A stretch of DNA of 64,000 nt from Geosiphon pyriformis uo1 (taxonomy: Eukaryota; Fungi; Glomeromycota): NCBI GenBank assembly GCA_016748015.1, contig JAAOMT010000553.1, positions 214,923-278,922 on the forward strand. Direction: 5' to 3'. Within the stretch, counting starts at the first letter, position 1; each line of letters begins with the position of its first letter. Shown here one piece after another: positions 26,133 through 39,296 of this stretch. The notes under the pieces were generated by a model. The model was not told the DNA's origin, made no database searches, and saw nothing but the letters and a program-made list of their open reading frames with translations. The position numbers and the translations under genes are program-made.

Positions 26133-27452
26133 ATAGGCTAATAGTTTTTAATAAATTTGTTTTCCAAGTTTCTAGTATCTGTTGTTTGGTCTAAAAAGCA
26201 GTCAATTTTCGTATGCAAATAGTCACAAAATTGGTTTTCTGTGATAACAGTTTATGTGAATATTCCTAAGTCTTCCTAAAAGTGTTAAATAATGCTTTTT
26301 TATATGGGGTGTAATCCTTTTCTACTGTTTCAATAGTCATTATTTTTGTAAATCTTTAGGATATTCTGTCTCTGTGGATTTTATAACCTCACAGAAAGCA
26401 CCAAATATTACAGATAAACTTGGTAAGATAGAAAAATGGTAACATTTGGTGCTCTCAATTATCAGTAATGTGTGTTTTATATAATTTTATTAACTTAGTC
26501 TTGATTATTAGTCTCTAAAAGTCTTATTTACTGGTTGTGAATTTACCTATTGAGTTTTTTGGTTATAAGACACAAAGATTTGGCTTTTGCTGATTGCAAC
26601 TTCTTATAAATGTAAGTTATCTTTTCTGAGCTAACAAGTGCAGTTATTAAAGTCTGACATTGTTTTTTTGCCCTTCTGGTAAGCTACCAAAATAATATTA
26701 ATATCCAAAACTTAGGAAAAGCTTTCCTTTTTTACTAAGCTATCACAAAGTCTATTGTCAAACAGTCAATTTTACTATGTTGTTGCTTTACAAGAGGAAA
26801 TAAAAAAATAAATAAAAAAAAAAGAAAAGAAAGAAAAAAGAAAAGAAAAATAAGAGAAGATGAATTAGTATTGTTAATTATCATGATTAAGAACAATTGG
26901 TCCAAATCATTAATGGTTTGAAGTAATTATGCTAAGAGCATCTGTTTTGAAATGAAGATATAAAATAATAATTAATTTACATAAAGTTCACAAAGTTCAA
27001 GAACATGAATTTATGATTTTGATTTCTCAATAATTAATTTATTTCAGAAGATGAATATAGAATAGAATAAATAATAGAAGGAATAAGGATATTTGATTCT
27101 TGTCTAGTGGTTTATATCTCTCTTGTCCTTTTTTCTAATTTCTACAATTGTTTATTTTATATATTTTTTGGTTTTACAGGATTGTTTTTAATTGTTTCAT
27201 TATTGCTAATTATTGCTTTGTTATTTCTATTATTGCTTTGTTCTTCTATGTTATTCTTAGTTATTCTATGTTATAATGCATTATCTGATATTATTATATG
27301 TTATTCTGTATTATCTCACATTGTAATACATTATTCTGTATTATTCTAAGTTATAACATATTATGTAATATTATTGTGTACTATTCTGTATTATGTTATG
27401 TTTTGGTCATGTTTCTTCATAACTTTAGATTGGTTTTTCTACTCAAGTAACA
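26133..27452 (-). mobile_element. Element G: 5' fragment of a B-type element (5' LTR 26406-27452, PBS 26387-26403, start of gag), interrupted by D
   Basis: LTR homologous to 14045-14119 and 47495-48502; PBS TGGTGCTTTCTGTGAGG. Confidence 0.9.
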
Positions 27453-28771
27453 TTGGCTTAAAAGCTTTAAAAACCATGTTAAATTGCATTTATTTTATTT
27501 TTATAATAATGTATTATTAGTCAATATTAAACATATTAAAAATAAATAAGTATATATAATAATACTTTTTGCTAAATTAGAAGTTATATAATATTTTTAA
27601 CATAAATAAAACTGCACTATTTTATGTTATATTACCAAATTAATGTTTTGCTATAATATTATATTATAGTACTAAATAATTAAAAAGTGTGATTAACACT
27701 TGTTTTTATAATCAATGCTAATAAAACTAAATATTTGTTATTATTTAAACATTTATGCTTAGATAACTGGTAATATTTTTCAATAGTAATTTGTTAATTA
27801 GAACTATCAGCTATATAAAAAAACCAAAATATATTGTTATTAGTAAACAATTTTGCTAATTACAATTATAATACAAGATTTATTAAAAATATTTATATAA
27901 AAAAGTTTATATCTAACTTGACACATATTTAATTTATAAATACTAAAATTATTCATTATTTTAAAACACATTATTGTTATCATTTTTTTATTATATATTG
28001 GATTTTTTTAATAATAATATTAATAATATTTATGTAATTAACCAACTTTAAACAATGTGTCTAATTTATAAAACATAGAAAAATGTTTCAAATAAAATAA
28101 TTGCTTATTGCTAGCACAAAGTTGGCATTTTTTTAATTAATACAAATAACAACTTTTAAAGTAAAACTACAAACTTGAAATAATAGCTAATTATAATTAA
28201 AAAATAGTATTAGAAAAAATTAAGAATTACTATAAAGAGTTTAATTATATACAGCCAAATTATACATATTTATTAATTAAAAAGCTGGTAAATTTATCTA
28301 AAAAAAACAATCCAATTACTTTAAACCATCTGAATAATAATAAGATTGTAAATTATATTATAATAAATTGTAAAACAAAACATGATAGCTATAATAAAAA
28401 ACAAAAAGTACAAAAAGTAATTAGTATTAAAAATATATTAACTGTTATTATAAATTTTAAACAGTTTATAAAACATAAAAATAGCAAAAAATTTTATGAT
28501 ACAATTAGTAAGCTTGCTTATGTTAAATATATACTTTATAAAAAAATACAATATAAATAAAAACAAATAACTTTTACAAGTTTCTTTAATATTACATAAT
28601 TTATTTAAAAATTTTTATAAAAATATGCAAATTAATTTATTTTTTAATAATATTATATCTATTTTTATTATATATATACTATATATATTTAAACTTAAAA
28701 AAACTCATAATCTGTAATAACCTATAGCAATTTATATTCACCAAGAACATGAGTTATTTTAAGTTTAACTG
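27453..28771 (+). mobile_element. Decayed pogo/Tigger-type DNA transposon copy 1 (5' end cut by element G)
   Basis: WLKSFKNH (GWL..FK.R, CENP-B-type HTH), NIFNINKTALFY (IFNxDETxLF), LTLVFIINANKT (NAxG); ends ACTG|TA. Confidence 0.8.
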
Positions 28772-29629
28772 TATAATTGAATACAAAACTATAATGTAAA
28801 ATAATATCACATATTGCAAATGAGTCGATTTAGCAATTTTCTTATTTTATAACTTTGTTTTTGTAATAATTAAAATAATATTATGGCTTTCTTTATGTTA
28901 ATTTATAATATTTTTTTCTGTTTAGCAAAATTGTTTATTTTTATTATATTATAATATCATAATTATAATATAAAAATTTAAAAACTTATTTAAAAAATAA
29001 GTATTATATTAATACAATTAATTAAATATTATTTTGTTATATATTTAATTATTTATATTAATTTAAATTAGTCTTTAATTATGCTATTTATATAAAATTT
29101 TATTTTATAATAATTTAAATTTTTTATTGATTTTTAATAGTTTTTAACTTTTTTTATTATTTAATATTTTAATACAGTATTATTTATCAAAAAATATTAA
29201 TTAACATTTAATTTATATATAAGAATTAAAATTATTTATTATTTATTATAATACAAATTTTTCGTTTTTCTAAGTTCAAAAAATAGTTTACTTTTTACAA
29301 AGCAATTTAAAAAATATTAACCCAAAATTAATTTTTAAAAACCAAATTAAGTAAATTTTTTACCAATTCACAAATGAAAATTTTTTATACAATTTAATAA
29401 AATTATTATTAACTCAATAAATTTTTTACAAATTTTTTTTTGTCTATTGAAATTTTAGAATTTTAATAATCTTAAAAAAGTTATATAAATTTTAAAGCAA
29501 AACATACTTTAAGCAATTATAAAACTTTTCATTAAAAATTTAATGTTAAAAAATATATTGGTTTGATATTATATAAATCTCTAAAAATTAATTATATAAT
29601 AATAATTATTAAGTTAATAAGTAAAAAAA

Positions 29630-30345
29630 TATTGGTTTAAGGTCAGAATACATTTAGACAATATCGACAATAACAAAGCCAATGAAACAACTAAAAATTC
29701 TGGTGCCTGTGATTGAACCTGCATTGCAAATTCTGGAGTTGTCTGATCACGTGTTCATTTGCTGTACTAACAAAGACACCAGATGTAACATTGGATGCAA
29801 TTGTTGGGAGTTTTGAATAATCTCTGATGATGACCCTTGGGTTTTCTCTAGCATATACAGAACTTTGAGTTTGCTGATGTATTCTGTTTCAGTAAAAAAT
29901 GACAACCTGTTACTGGACTTGTATAATAATTTGGCAGAGGGGTTCATTTTTAAGGAATGACTTGCTAACCCAGCTAGGATCTTTGGCAATACTGGTTAGT
30001 TAAATCTAAAATTGATGGATTGGTTCAATAATCTGTATTGTAAGAAGATTTGGAAACCTTCTGTTAAGATAAGGTTGAAGATAAAAAAGATGGTCTTATT
30101 GCTAGTGAAAATCTGGTATTTGTTGAACCTAGGGCTTATCTGAACAAGAAATTGTTGAATATAGTGGCAAAATGTGATGTTAAGATAGAACAATTAGTAA
30201 GCATGGATTTAAGGTGTTCAGTTAAGTTAGTGTTAAATGTAATAAATTTGATGAACCAAAAGTTTTTGTGCTCTATTAGTGGTTTTAGATGGTTGAATAG
30301 CTGGTTATGTATAGAAATGGCATAAGCAGCATTTAATATGGAATA
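29630..30345 (+). mobile_element. LINE ORF2 3' fragment with internal deletion
   Basis: WFKVRIHLDNIDNNKAN (decayed RNase H KVxAHSGxxGNxxAD), HVFIC zinc-motif end, and LYNNLAEGFIFKE, similar to LYTMLAKNFVLRS near 37000. Confidence 0.7.
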
Positions 30346-30486
30346 AATACATGTTGTATGTATTTAAATTAGCAGTTAAATCACACTAATTAAGCAATTA
30401 AAAATATTAAATATTAAATATTAGGCCAATTGATATTTGCTTATATATATTCCATATTAAATATGAATTATGCATGCTTTAAACAT

Positions 30487-31344
30487 TGTTACCAGAGGTT
30501 TTTTTCGTTATTATAGATGGATATATAAATGTATAGCCTGTAAGTTGGTGCTATAATGTGGTTATAAAATCTGAAGATTTTTATGTATCTAAAAGTTTCT
30601 AAATTGAGTTCTTTGTATAAAGAACAAAAACTTAAGTTTTAATAGTTGGTAACACTTCATGTTTTACTTTCTTGACATAGTAACTGGTTTATTTTGATGT
30701 TTTTTACTCATCTAATAAGCTATTCAATTATTAATAAGTTAATTCTATGCTTATTTTTGTGTCTTTTACCAAACTATCTATGTTATATTCTTAATACTTA
30801 TTCTTTAATTAATTTAGTTTTCAAAACAAACAATAAAACAAAAAAAAAAAAAGAAAATAAAGTAAAAATAAAAGTTAGTATTTCATTAATAGTCATGATT
30901 AAAAGCTATTGTTTTAGCATATTAAATTCTTTAGATTTATGTCTTTAATATCAATTGCTCTTGTCAAGCCAAATATTAAAAATAAGTAATTTAATAATAT
31001 AAATAGTAATTCATAAATTTGGGTATTTCAATTTAATAAGTTTATTATAATTAATTGATTTGGTTTAAGTGTAATTAATAATAATAATAATAATAATAAA
31101 ATTTGCTTCAATTATTAAATGTCTAAATACTTTTTTAATATTATTGCTATATATATATAACTTTTATAATATAAGATATTTTAATATTTTTAACTACTTT
31201 TACTCTTTTTTTTAGTTATTATTAATATTTTTGGCATTTTTGGTATTTTTGAAATTCTTTCTAATATTTTTGAAATTCTTAATATTATATTATTATTATT
31301 TTAATGTTGTAAATATTAAATTGTTATTAATTCTATTGTTAATA
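30487..31344 (-). repeat. Old solo-LTR-like remnant with C-like termini and an A-like core
   Basis: Starts TGTTACCAGAGG; contains TGTAAGTTGGTGCT and the TTAGTAT..ATAGTCATGATTAAAAGCTATTG block seen in A-type LTRs; no clear TSD. Confidence 0.5.
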
Positions 31345-31980
31345 GAAACTATTAAATTTTTAATAAGCTAATTTTATTTTTAAAATATTTTTTTATACTT
31401 TAAATTATTTATATTATTGAATTTATAATAAAATAACCAATTTTGTACGAATTATTTTGTGTAGTTACTTTATAGTAAAAATTAATGTTTTTACAAAAAT
31501 CTTTAATTGTAAACTTTTTAATAATATGTAATTACTTTGTTATAAAAATCAATTCTTTTACAAAAAATCTTAACTATAAATTATTTAATAATATAAAAAA
31601 ACCAAAAAAATAAAATAAAAAAAATATTTTCGGTTTATATTTAAAATTAATTAATTTATTATAATATTATTTTAAGATTAAAATATTTTAATAAACTATT
31701 AAATATTTTGGTAAATTTTCAAATATTCGAGTGACTAGTCATATATAGCAAGTGTGTGAACTACATTTAGTTTAAGTCTCTTAGTATGGCTTTATATACT
31801 AGATAGTAGTTGGGCTTCATTTATTAAATGCATTTAATAAAAAAAATATTTCAAATATTTTGGCAAATTTTTAAATATTATATAGTTTAAAATATTATTA
31901 TTGTATTTAGTTATATCTGTATATTATATAAATTAGATTATTAATTAGATAATAATATTTAATAGTTAATTAAATAATAA
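31345..31980 (-). repeat. Decayed C-type LTR remnant
   Basis: 31440-31620 aligns with 14280-14460 (duplicated TGTAGTTACTTT..AAAAxTCAA units); 31880-31950 resembles 59030-59095. Confidence 0.55.
31731..31846 (+). mobile_element. Very short LINE 3' UTR with A tail
   Basis: GTGACTAGTCATATATA..TGAACTACATTTAGTT matches the reverse complement of 35760-35802. Confidence 0.6.
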
Positions 31981-31983
31981 ATA

Positions 31984-33560
31984 TAATTATATATAAGATA
32001 ACTCATATTCTTAGTAAATACAAATTGCTATAAATTATTACAGATTATGAGTTTTCTTAGATTTAAATATATATAGTATATATATAATAAAAATAAATAT
32101 AATATTATTAAAAAATAAATTTATTTGCATATTTTTATAAAAATTTTTAAATAATTCATGCAATATTAAAGAAACTTATAAAAGTTATTTGTTTTTATTT
32201 ATATTATATTCTTTTATAAAGTATATATTTAACATAAGCAAGCTTACTAATTATATCATAAAATTTTTTGCTATTTTTAAGTTTCATAAACTGTTCAAAA
32301 TTTATAATAACAGTTAATATATTCTTAATACTAATTACTTTTTGTACTTCTTGTTTTTTATCATAGCTATTATGTTTTGTTTTACAATTTATTATAATAT
32401 AATTTACAATCTCATTATTATTTAAATGGTTTAAAGTAATTGTATTGTTTTTTTTAGATAAATTTACTAACTTTTTAATTGATAAGTATGTATAATTTGG
32501 CTGTATATAATTGAACTCTTTATAGTAATTCTTAATCTTTTCTAATACTATTTTTTAATTATAATTAGTTATTATTTCTAAATTTGTAGTTTTATTCTAA
32601 AAGTTGTTATTTGTATTAATTAGAAAAATGCTAACTTTGTGTTAGCAATAAACAATTATTTTATTTGAAATATTTTTTCATGTTCTATAAATTAAATACA
32701 TTGCTTAAAGTTAGTTAATTATATAAATATTATTAATACCATTATCAAAAATATTTAATATATAGTAAAAAAAATGGTGACAATAATGTGTCTTAAAACA
32801 ATAAATAATTTTAACATTTATAGATTGAATATGTGCTGTTAAATTAGATACAAATTATTCTACATAAATATTTATAATAAATTTTGTATTATAGTTGTAA
32901 TTAGCAAAATTGTTTATTAATAACAATATATTTTGGTTTTTTTTATGCAGCTGATAGTTCTAATTAACAAATTACTATTGAAAAATATTACCAGTTATTT
33001 AAAGATAAATGTTTAAATAATATTAAAAACTAAGTTGCTTTTCTGTTTTTTTTAAAAACAGTATAGACATTTAGTATAATTAATAATAAATAATAACAAA
33101 TATTTAGTTTTATCAACATTAATTGTAAAGACAAGTATTAGTCATACTTTTAATTATTTGGTATTATAATATAATATTATAGCAAGATTTTGATTTGATA
33201 ATATAATATTAAATAGTACAGTTTTATTTATGTTAAAAATATTATATAACTTTTAATTAGCAAAAAGTATTATTATATACACTTAATTATTTTTAATATG
33301 TTTAATATTAACTAATAATACATTATTATAAAAATAAAATAAATGTAATAAATACAATTTAAGATGGTCTTTAAAGCTTTTAAGCCAATTATTAAATAGT
33401 TTTTGGCACTTATTTTCTAAAATATTTAATTAATTATAAAATTTTATATCAGCAATTTAAATTACATCTTTAATAAATATTATTTTACATGATTCTGTTT
33501 TTTAACCAAAAATAACAAATGTTATATTAAAGTTAGGATTACATATTATGTATATATGTT
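31984..33560 (-). mobile_element. Decayed pogo/Tigger-type transposon copy 2, inverted relative to copy 1; may extend to about 34830
   Basis: About 1.3 kb inverted homology to 27453-28771; LFNNWLKSFKDH and ITGNIFQ (WMTxxIF); keeps about 70 bp that is deleted in copy 1. Confidence 0.8.
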
Positions 33561-33875
33561 TGTTAATTAAGTTATGTATTGTATTTGTTTATGAACAAAA
33601 ATTTAGTTTATCTTTGGTTCAAGCCGAAATTAAAGACTGTTTTATATATAAAAAACCATTTTTTTTAAAATGCTTTGCAGTTTTTAATTGGTTTTTATTA
33701 TTTATATAATATTAATTAAGTATTATAAGCTTATTATAAAGTATAATATTCTTATAACTTTGTGAAATACAAGTTAAAAAGATAACTGTTTTTTGTTATT
33801 AGATATAATAAAATCAAAAGACAAAAGAAAAGTATAATTAAAACTTTAATTAAATAAAACTAATCCAAAAATTCG

Positions 33876-34570
33876 ACTTGATTACTTATACAATTGATAA
33901 TAATTTAAAACTTAAAACAATTCAAAACTCTGATTTAATTATTTATATAATTAATAATAATTTAAAGCTTGGAACAATTTGAAACTTTGATTTGATTATT
34001 CATATAATTAATAATAATTTAGAATTTAAGACAATTTAAAACTCCAACTTAATTATTTATACAATTAATAATAATTTAAAACTTAGAACAATTCAAAACT
34101 CTGACTTAATTACTTATATAATTAATAATAATTTAAAACTCTGACTTAATTACTTATACAATTAATAATAATTTAAAACTTGAAACAATTCAAAACTTTG
34201 ACTTAATTACTTATATAATCAATAATAATTTAGAACTTAGAACAATTTAAAACTTTAATTGATTATACATAAGATTAGTAATAATTTAAAACTTAGAACA
34301 ATTCGAAACTCTGATTTAATTACTTATAATATTAATAATAATTTAGAATTTAAGACAATTTGAAACTTTAACTTAATTACTTATACAATCAATTATAATT
34401 TAAAACTTGAGATAATTTAAAATTATAACTTAATTATTTATAAAATTAATAATAATTTAAAACTTGGAATAATTTAAAACTCTAACTTAATAACTCACAT
34501 AATTAATAATAATTTAAAACTTAAAACAATTTGAAACTCTAATTTGATTACTTATATAATTAATAATTAT
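33876..34570. repeat. Minisatellite, 57-bp unit, about 12 copies
   Basis: Repeats of ACTTAATTACTTATACAATTAATAATAATTTAAAACTTxxAACAATTCAAAACTCTG; one 40-bp short unit. Confidence 0.92.
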
Positions 34571-34864
34571 TTTGTTAAATAAGTAATATTATATTATTAT
34601 ATAGTATTTTTAATCATGTAAATATTTGTTTATTTTACTGCAATTTTATTAGAATTAGCAAAATTTAAACCAAATTTAGTATTAAGATAATCTATACTAA
34701 TAATAAAAAGTTATGAATTATTGAATATTACAAATATAGATTATAAACATAAGAATTTTTTAACTATTAAATTGGTAAATTTAAAATATTATGGTTTATT
34801 ATAAGTTATGAATTATTTTAATATGGATTATTTTAGATTTGACTATAATAAATTGAAAATAATA

Positions 34865-35130
34865 TTTTTTTTTATTTTTTATTATTGTTTTACAAGTGCA
34901 GTTCAACTACTACCTAAGAATATAAAATCAAACAAAACTCTAAATTAAGTATAATTTATATTTTTTCTATATATGACCAGTTATTTAAACTAATTAAAGT
35001 AATACTATACACTTAAATTATTTATTAATAAAACATTTTTCAAAAAATTAAAACTCAATCTAGATAAACAAAAATATAATTCAAAACAAATATGGATACT
35101 TAATACCAAAACTGCAAATCAACTCAGAAG
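34865..35130 (-). mobile_element. Older, 5'-truncated LINE 3' end
   Basis: Collinear with 35691-35950 and preceded by a T run (poly-A on the minus strand). Confidence 0.75.
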
Positions 35131-35998
35131 AAATAATATTATATGTAAATTAATAATAAAAAATATAAAAATAATTTTTATGTTTATTATAATTTAATTT
35201 TTATTTTTTATTTAATTATTATAATTTAAATTATATTAATTAACTATTTTATTTTTAATTTAACAAATATTTTTTTTTATTAAGTAATTTGGAAAATAAT
35301 AATAAAAAATAATATTTAATAAAATTATTTGTTATTAAATTTAAAAACTTTAATTAATACATAAAATTATATATATTAATAGTATTGTTTTTATTAATAA
35401 TTACAATTTATTTTATATTTACAACTTTTTTGTCAAGTTAAAAATTTTTTTAATTAGATAATTTATCTATTTATTAGTTTTTTGAATTTTTTAATAAATT
35501 GTGTATTAATATTAAAATACAATTAAATTTGTATACAATTTTTGTAAATTTTAAAAATCTAAAAAATATTAACAATAACTATAACATAAATTTTTCACTT
35601 TTAAATAATTATTATTTATTATAAAATATTCTAAATAGCAATTAAATCACATTTTATTAAGCAATTTAATAATAATAATAATAATTATAATTTTTTTTTA
35701 TTAGGTTTTATAAATGCAACTCAATCATTACCTAAATACATAAAATCAAAACAGATTCTAAATTAAGTGCAGTTCATGCTTTTTTTATATATAACTAGTC
35801 ATTCAGGCCAATTAAGGCAACACTATATACCAAATTCATTAACTACAGAAACATTATACAAAAAACCAAAAGCTAATCTGGAAAAACAAGAATGTAAGCC
35901 AAAACAAATATGGATATCCAATCTAAGGCTAAAACTGCAGACCAAATCACTAGACCACAAGGACAACAGACCAAAAACTGAGGAAACAACTATACCAT

Positions 35999-36818
35999 TG
36001 TTATGGGATGGTTTTCTTGTTATATTTAATTGCTGATATCCCGCTTTAATTGCAATCAGTCTTTCGTGAGTTCCTCAATTCTATTTGTGTGATAATGTCA
36101 CTGTTACACNNNNNNNNNNNNNNNNNNNNNNNNNNNNNNNNNNNNNNNNNNNNNNNNNNNNNNNNNNNNNNNNNNNNNNNNNNNNNNNNNNNNNNNNNNN
36201 NNNNNNNNNNNNNNNNNNNNNNNNNNNNNNNNNNNNNNNNNNNNNNNNNNNNNNNNNNNNNNNNNNNNNNNNNNNNNNNNNNNNNNNNNNNNNNNNNNNN
36301 NNNNNNNNNNNNNNNNNNNNNNNNNNNNNNNNNNNNNNNNNNNNNNNNNNNNNNNNNNNNNNNNNNNNNNNNNNNNNNNNNNNNNNNNNNNNNNNNNNNN
36401 NNNNNNNNNNNNNNNNNNNNNNNNNNNNNNNNNNNNNNNNNNNNNNNNNNNNNNNNNNNNNNNNNNNNNNNNNNNNNNNNNNNNNNNNNNNNNNNNNNNN
36501 NNNNNNNNNNNNNNNNNNNNNNNNNNNNNNNNNNNNNNNNNNNNNNNNNNNNNNNNNNNNNNNNNNNNNNNNNNNNNNNNNNNNNNNNNNNNNNNNNNNN
36601 NNNNNNNNNNNNNNNNNNNNNNNNNNNNNNNNNNNNNNNNNNNNNNNATCACCAGTTGGTGTTGGCTGCTATTGTGAACTGGTGCTTGCCACTATCGCGA
36701 GATGGTGTTTGCTACTATGTTAATCATTACCTTTCTAAGATTATTACTGTGCTATATTATGATTGAATAGTTTGTATTATTTTTATGATTCTTTTTGCTA
36801 AATTCTTAAACCGTAACA
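35999..36818. mobile_element. Young LTR-type insertion spanning the assembly gap
   Basis: TGTTATGG...CCGTAACA termini; perfect CCAT TSD; LINE ORF2 rejoins across it; CpGs retained. Confidence 0.85.
36110..36647. other. Assembly gap (N run)
   Basis: 538 N. Confidence 1.
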
Positions 36819-39265
36819 CCATCATGTGGCAAAAGACCGAGCTTCTTATAAAAGAATCTCAATTTCACAGTAGGCAACCAGATAGTAGTCCTGTAGTGCT
36901 CAGCAAGGCCATAAACTAATCTAACAATCATATCACTACTAGAACCAGAACCCAAAATACACAAAGCTTCAGTCACCCAACTCCTTAACACAAAGTTTTT
37001 AGCCAGCATTGTGTACAAATGATCAGACACCTCAGCCTTATACAGAGAGTGAACAACCACACCACTATTTGCAGAAGTGTCTACCAAATCACCCTACTCA
37101 TGTATAGTGTCCAATAGTAAACCATTTCTAGCATTAGCATCATGTATGCATAAAAACATGTGATTAGAATCCTCTTCTACACCACATCGGATGTAAGTCA
37201 TGCTTGGATAAATATGGTTATACAATCTCTTCCTCTTGGTTACAGGCAAACATTGATGCAGAATCTTTATGAAATAAAATCAAAGCAGTGCCAATAATGC
37301 ACACATAAAACCAGAGCAAATTCTGCTATCTGGATGCCAGATCTTAAAAGTTTTAACCATATTAAAACTACTGTCCAAGCACATGTTCATGATGTTGTCT
37401 ACACATCTGGATTCCCACCCAACAAAACTGACAGAATCAAACAAACACCTAACAAAGTAATGAACATTTCCAGAGACAGGCCTTCTTTCCATATTTAAAA
37501 AATAACAGGGCACTTTAAGAGGCAAAAAGAAGTGTGAAAAAATTGTAGCACTAATATAAAAATTGACATGCTTGTTCTCAACAACATCAAAATAACTCTT
37601 GACCTTCCTCTATTTGATCAACAAATTCTTCTTTAAGATAACTTAACATATATGCTCCCTTTTGATCTAACATTTATTACAAAAATTAAGACCAGACACA
37701 ACTCCACTGGGATTGCACATGTTCAATGATGTCTAACTATCCATGAACAAAATGACAGTGCAAGATACAGGCACATAATCTAAAGCAAGAGCAATAGTAT
37801 GCAGCTCTGCCAAAATTAATAACAGCAAACCATGCACTCTGACACTAACACCAATGTTAACAGCTGGAAAATAGGCAGCAGTACCACTACAAGTGCCAAT
37901 TAAGCCTATATCTTTGACAGAGCCATCTGTATAGACTTCTATAGATATTAACAAATACTGACAAATAAAATTAAAATCAAAAGAGCAGTTAGAATGACCA
38001 GGATAAAAAACCAAAGTACCAGCAATAGGTGGGCATCTATTGGCAATAAATTCAGCCACTGTACTGAACCACACAGGAATTGGACCCCTAAGACAAAGTC
38101 TTTTTTACCTATGAAAGGTGTTTTATGTGAAACAAAAACCATAATGATCCAAAAGTTGGCCCACAAAAATAACATTATATCTCTTGAAAGAGCACACTAC
38201 TTTAGAATAAATATCTAAGTTTAGCATATTCAAAATAGAAGCACCAGTCTTAGCATAGAAAACATCAAACAAATCTTTACTCAAAGACACATTACACAAA
38301 ACCAGAGTGCATGTTATACTTGTTAAAAAACAATTCATTAGATCTATTGACAGCCTATAGATCCATAGCTCTGTGCATGAATAAATTACCGAGAATCCCA
38401 TCAGCATTAGTGAAGTTAATAAAATTAGCCATCAGATTTTCAGATAATGACTGCACAAAAGTTCTTAAGCCATAAAGCTTCAGATAGTACAATGCTTTAT
38501 TTGGAAAATCTCTAGACAAATTAGCTTTAAGCTTCAGATTTCTTCTTATCAAACTGTCTCATTTTCCACACATGCTCTGTGAAACTCAATTGAATTGCAA
38601 CTTGTAGTTCACAATGGGCTGTAAAACCATAGACACCAAGTACAAAAATTGCTTTTCTGTAATGGCTTTCTGCAAAACCACATTAGTAAAAATCTTATAT
38701 CCTTATAAATTTTAGTCACATTTGGCACAAATAAGCCATCAGTTGACAAAAAAATCCCCAAGTATTGATGAAATTCGTGTTTCTTGGCTATAAGTATATT
38801 TGAACTACTAATTAAAAGCAAAGCACTTTTGGCACTTTGATTGATAAAAATGATGACCATCTTGTCTGTATTGATTAAGATATCATTAATTGAAAAAAAT
38901 TTACTTGCAATATTTAAAATCCATTGTGTAGCTGTTATACAATTATCAACCCAAATAGTATCATCAACAAAGGCCCCAGCAACAAAAAAAGAAGTTTTGT
39001 TGTGTCTAAGATTAATTTTGCCAGTTTTTATAAAAAATTAGAACAAATTCTGTATTTGTACAATTGTTCATGTCTCTTAACTTCATAGAGCAAAGGATCA
39101 TAGAAAATTCTCTACAGTAAAAGTAAAAAAACTTCTTCCTAATCTAAGCTATCATAAACAACATATCTATCAGTGAGCCCAAAATTCATCATAATGTGGT
39201 TAATTCAGCCATTGTGTATATTTCCAAAAAACTTTATAAAATAGGAACACATTTTGATTCTGGTC

Positions 39266-39296
<31 letters not shown>

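Larger units (their letters stand above)
35691..39265 (-). mobile_element. 5'-truncated LINE (ORF2: RT, RNase H, C-terminal CCHC motif), interrupted by an LTR insertion
   Basis: AGAFVDDTIW, QYLGIFLS, VYTDGS..AELHTIALAL, CGVEEDSNHMFLC; poly-A at 35691-35699; (AAT)n on both flanks. Confidence 0.92.

Noticed and set aside
27107-27349. Hydrophobic ORFs at 27107, 48358 and 58585 as membrane proteins or env
   Set aside because: They are antisense translations of low-complexity TATTATGT repeats in B-type LTR U3
27453-33388. Single element with 1.3-kb TIRs (Polinton/Mutator-like)
   Set aside because: The arms themselves encode transposase relics with their 3' termini facing inward, and the spacer holds unrelated LINE and LTR debris
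33876-34570. CRISPR-like periodicity in the 57-bp and 51-bp arrays
   Set aside because: Whole units repeat with no unique spacers, there are no cas genes, and the context is eukaryotic TE sequence
30367-35670. Short repeat TAGCA(G/A)TTAAATCACA..ATTAAGCAATT at about 30369 and 35635
   Set aside because: Only two short copies in the same orientation; no element could be defined
36050-36766. Long ORFs 36050-36766, 36085-36723 and 36104-36652
   Set aside because: Artefacts of translating the N gap
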